A DNA stretch of 63,890 bases, the filler included, from Aduncisulcus paluster (lineage: Eukaryota): assembly GCA_024181965.1 (NCBI GenBank). It is 9 parts of 9 records of this genome, joined end to end, with 100 filler letters (N's around TTAATTAATTAA, not from the genome) between each part and the next. Parts side by side here need not be neighbours in the genome. Positions count along the whole stretch, not along the records: positions 58,770 to 63,890 come from BQXS01012285.1; 8 more parts are not named here. One strand, written 5' to 3'. Below, piece after piece: positions 61,808 through 63,890 of this stretch. Each line of letters begins with the position of its first letter. Position 1 is the stretch's first letter. The notes below the pieces were generated by a model, which saw only the letters and a program-made list of their open reading frames with translations, did not search any database and was not told the DNA's origin. Position numbers and translations under genes: made by a program.

Positions 61808-63889
61808 TCATTCACATTCTTCTAAATCTTTCGGCTTTAATTCAGCAATATAATGGGCATATTTCCTTAAAAATGGCACAGTTTCATCATATTTTTCAAG
61901 AGATTCAATAATTTGCAGGAGACATGTTCTCAGCTCCCTTGAGCTATTTCTCTCACAGAATTCGATGATAGTATCGAGACATTCGGCAACATATATAATC
62001 CCATCAATATTCTCATCCATAATTAGCTGAATTAGACGTAGAAGAATGACACCACCACACGTTCCATTTCGATTTGGATGGTAGAGCCAAGAAAAGACAG
62101 GGGGCGAGATCAAATGTAACCGCTTGGATATTATGTTCAAATATTCAATGATATAACTCAAAGCTCCTTCTTCAACGAAGAATTCTCCCATTCCAATCGA
62201 GATACATGCAGATACAAACGATTCGAACATAGGCATCGACACAGTTGTTTTCTTTGGAATATTTTCCTTCTTGATCAAAGATTTGAACTTAAACATGCAT
62301 ATTTTGAAGATTTCAAGACATCCCAACATAATATCAGACTCACAAGAAGAACTAAGAGAGATTTTTTGAGAGGATGACGAAATGAGTGATAAAATGTCAA
62401 TCCATTCCCCGAAACATCGTTTAATCGAACCCAATGGGAACTCTGAACCCTTTATAACCCTCGATATGAAGCGATGTGTGTGTCTGAGAAACAAAATAAG
62501 GGAAGGAGAAAAAGAGAAAAATGTCACAAGGTTTGAGAATATAGCGAAACAAACATTGGCAATATTTATATCAAATACAACAAGATTCCTGTGAGAACTT
62601 TTTTCAAGCATAACAAGACAATATTCGGCCGCAGAACGAGAAAATGAATCAATGAACTCAAGATTTTCTGAAGACAACAGTTTCGAGGCAATACATGAGG
62701 CTGAAATGATGACATCATTAACATTAGAATCTTCTCCCTTGCTGCTACCACCGAGAGAAAGATCAGAGTGGCCATCAACAGCAGAGGAAGACATATCACT
62801 GGAAGTGGAAGTTTTGGTTGAACTATCAACAACTGTTCTGTGCAAGGATGAAGTAGCAGAAGTCGAAGCTGGAGGCTTGAATGGAGAAGAGAAAAGCTGT
62901 TTAGCCTGTTTAAGAAGTGAATCATACCCTTCATCAATTGTTTCAGCACCAGTGGTGAATTCTACACTGTGGGATCTTCCATGTCCACGCTGAGGAGGAT
63001 AGGCAGAAAAAGACTCACTTCTTCCCCTTACGGCACCGCTAGTCCCAACAATATCACTATTCCCAGCTTCTTCTTCTTCATGAGCTATTTTTAGACACAC
63101 CGAATTGAGTTGGTTGATGTTACCGTTGAAGGTCGTCAACACAACAAGAATGATTTCTTTATCGTCAGAATATGTTTTAAAACACTTTTGTATGGCAGGA
63201 AAAGTGTTCACAATATCATCCAGATCAGACATATGTGGAAAAGCATATGAAAAGCATCGTAAAGCAGAGATAACGAACCTCGAATCATCAAAGGAGATGG
63301 AAGAGACCATTAGACGTAAACAATCGAACAAACCTGCCCTTTTAAAGATCAAATAGAGCTTTTTCTCCCCATCTTTCAACATTCTTTCAGCAAATGTCAC
63401 AGCATGCAGTAAAACGGGCATATGATTGGTTGTGATTTTTAGAGAAGGATTTAAGAAAGATGACGTAGAATTGATATTATTTGGAGAATCGAGGGGTTTT
63501 GTGGTCGTAGTGGACAAAACACTTTGAGGGGAAGACCGAACAGAACGATGATCATGGCTTTTGGAAGGAGAAGAACATAGTTTAGAAGAGTGATGGAGGT
63601 GACTTGATGTAGACAAAGATTTGGCATTCAATTCTCCAATATATGCAGAAATATGAACTAAAAGAATCGCGCAAAGGGATTTGAACCCATTTTCTTCAAT
63701 AAATAGACATCGAACAAGGCCATGGCAGTGAACATCGAGATTCAGGAGAGCACATAAAATTGAATCGACTATTTTTGGTAGATCAGATTGGAGGTATTTC
63801 TGGGACAATCCTCTATTATAAATAAATAAATCTGCGTAATAAGTGATAATTTCAATCCAAATCTCTTTTTGTTCGACCATAGATAACAT
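61808..63889 (-). CDS. Hypothetical helical (ARM-like) protein
   Basis: 693-codon ORF; 5' end at the window edge. Confidence 0.55.
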   Translation of the reverse strand: MLSMVEQKEIWIEIITYYADLFIYNRGLSQKYLQSDLPKIVDSILCALLNLDVHCHGLVRCLFIEENGFKSLCAILLVHISAYIGELNAKSLSTSSHLHHSSKLCSSPSKSHDHRSVRSSPQSVLSTTTTKPLDSPNNINSTSSFLNPSLKITTNHMPVLLHAVTFAERMLKDGEKKLYLIFKRAGLFDCLRLMVSSISFDDSRFVISALRCFSYAFPHMSDLDDIVNTFPAIQKCFKTYSDDKEIILVVLTTFNGNINQLNSVCLKIAHEEEEAGNSDIVGTSGAVRGRSESFSAYPPQRGHGRSHSVEFTTGAETIDEGYDSLLKQAKQLFSSPFKPPASTSATSSLHRTVVDSSTKTSTSSDMSSSAVDGHSDLSLGGSSKGEDSNVNDVIISASCIASKLLSSENLEFIDSFSRSAAEYCLVMLEKSSHRNLVVFDINIANVCFAIFSNLVTFFSFSPSLILFLRHTHRFISRVIKGSEFPLGSIKRCFGEWIDILSLISSSSQKISLSSSCESDIMLGCLEIFKICMFKFKSLIKKENIPKKTTVSMPMFESFVSACISIGMGEFFVEEGALSYIIEYLNIISKRLHLISPPVFSWLYHPNRNGTCGGVILLRLIQLIMDENIDGIIYVAECLDTIIEFCERNSSRELRTCLLQIIESLEKYDETVPFLRKYAHYIAELKPKDLEECE

Positions 63890-63890
63890 A

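Noticed and set aside
1..63890. Alternative genetic code (TAR=Gln, as in hexamitid diplomonads)
   Set aside because: Conserved genes end at TAA, TAG or TGA and have no internal TAR codons

Overview
Eukaryotic, gene-dense, AT-rich genomic DNA with short GT-AG introns (GTATG donors, 66-129 nt) and the standard genetic code. The gene content and lineage-specific families suggest an anaerobic fornicate protist of the Aduncisulcus/Carpediemonas-like type (inference). The window is nine unrelated contigs joined by artificial 100-nt N-TTAATTAATTAA-N spacers, plus six 20-N gaps whose flanks are duplicated artefacts. Housekeeping genes include an exosome RRP42-like subunit, ORC4-like, a PDI/thioredoxin, V-ATPase H, TTLL9-like, Elongin-B-like, a mitochondrial carrier, eIF4E, DERA, proteasome alpha5, MCM3, GET4, a TmcB-like protein, a DJ-1/PfpI protein, tRNA-Arg(CCG) and tRNA-Lys(CTT). 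The main highlight is an apparently intact, intron-containing Fanzor (eukaryotic TnpB-derived RNA-guided nuclease, about 631 aa after splicing). It is followed by a hairpin/pseudoknot omegaRNA-like scaffold that ends 18 nt before the proteasome alpha5 ATG, so the predicted guide is that gene's 5' leader. A second, decayed Fanzor fragment lies at about 57.2 kb. A chromodomain Ty3/Gypsy retrotransposon carries an antisense tRNA-like Pol III cassette at or near its LTR/primer-binding site. There are also several small structured intergenic GC islands.
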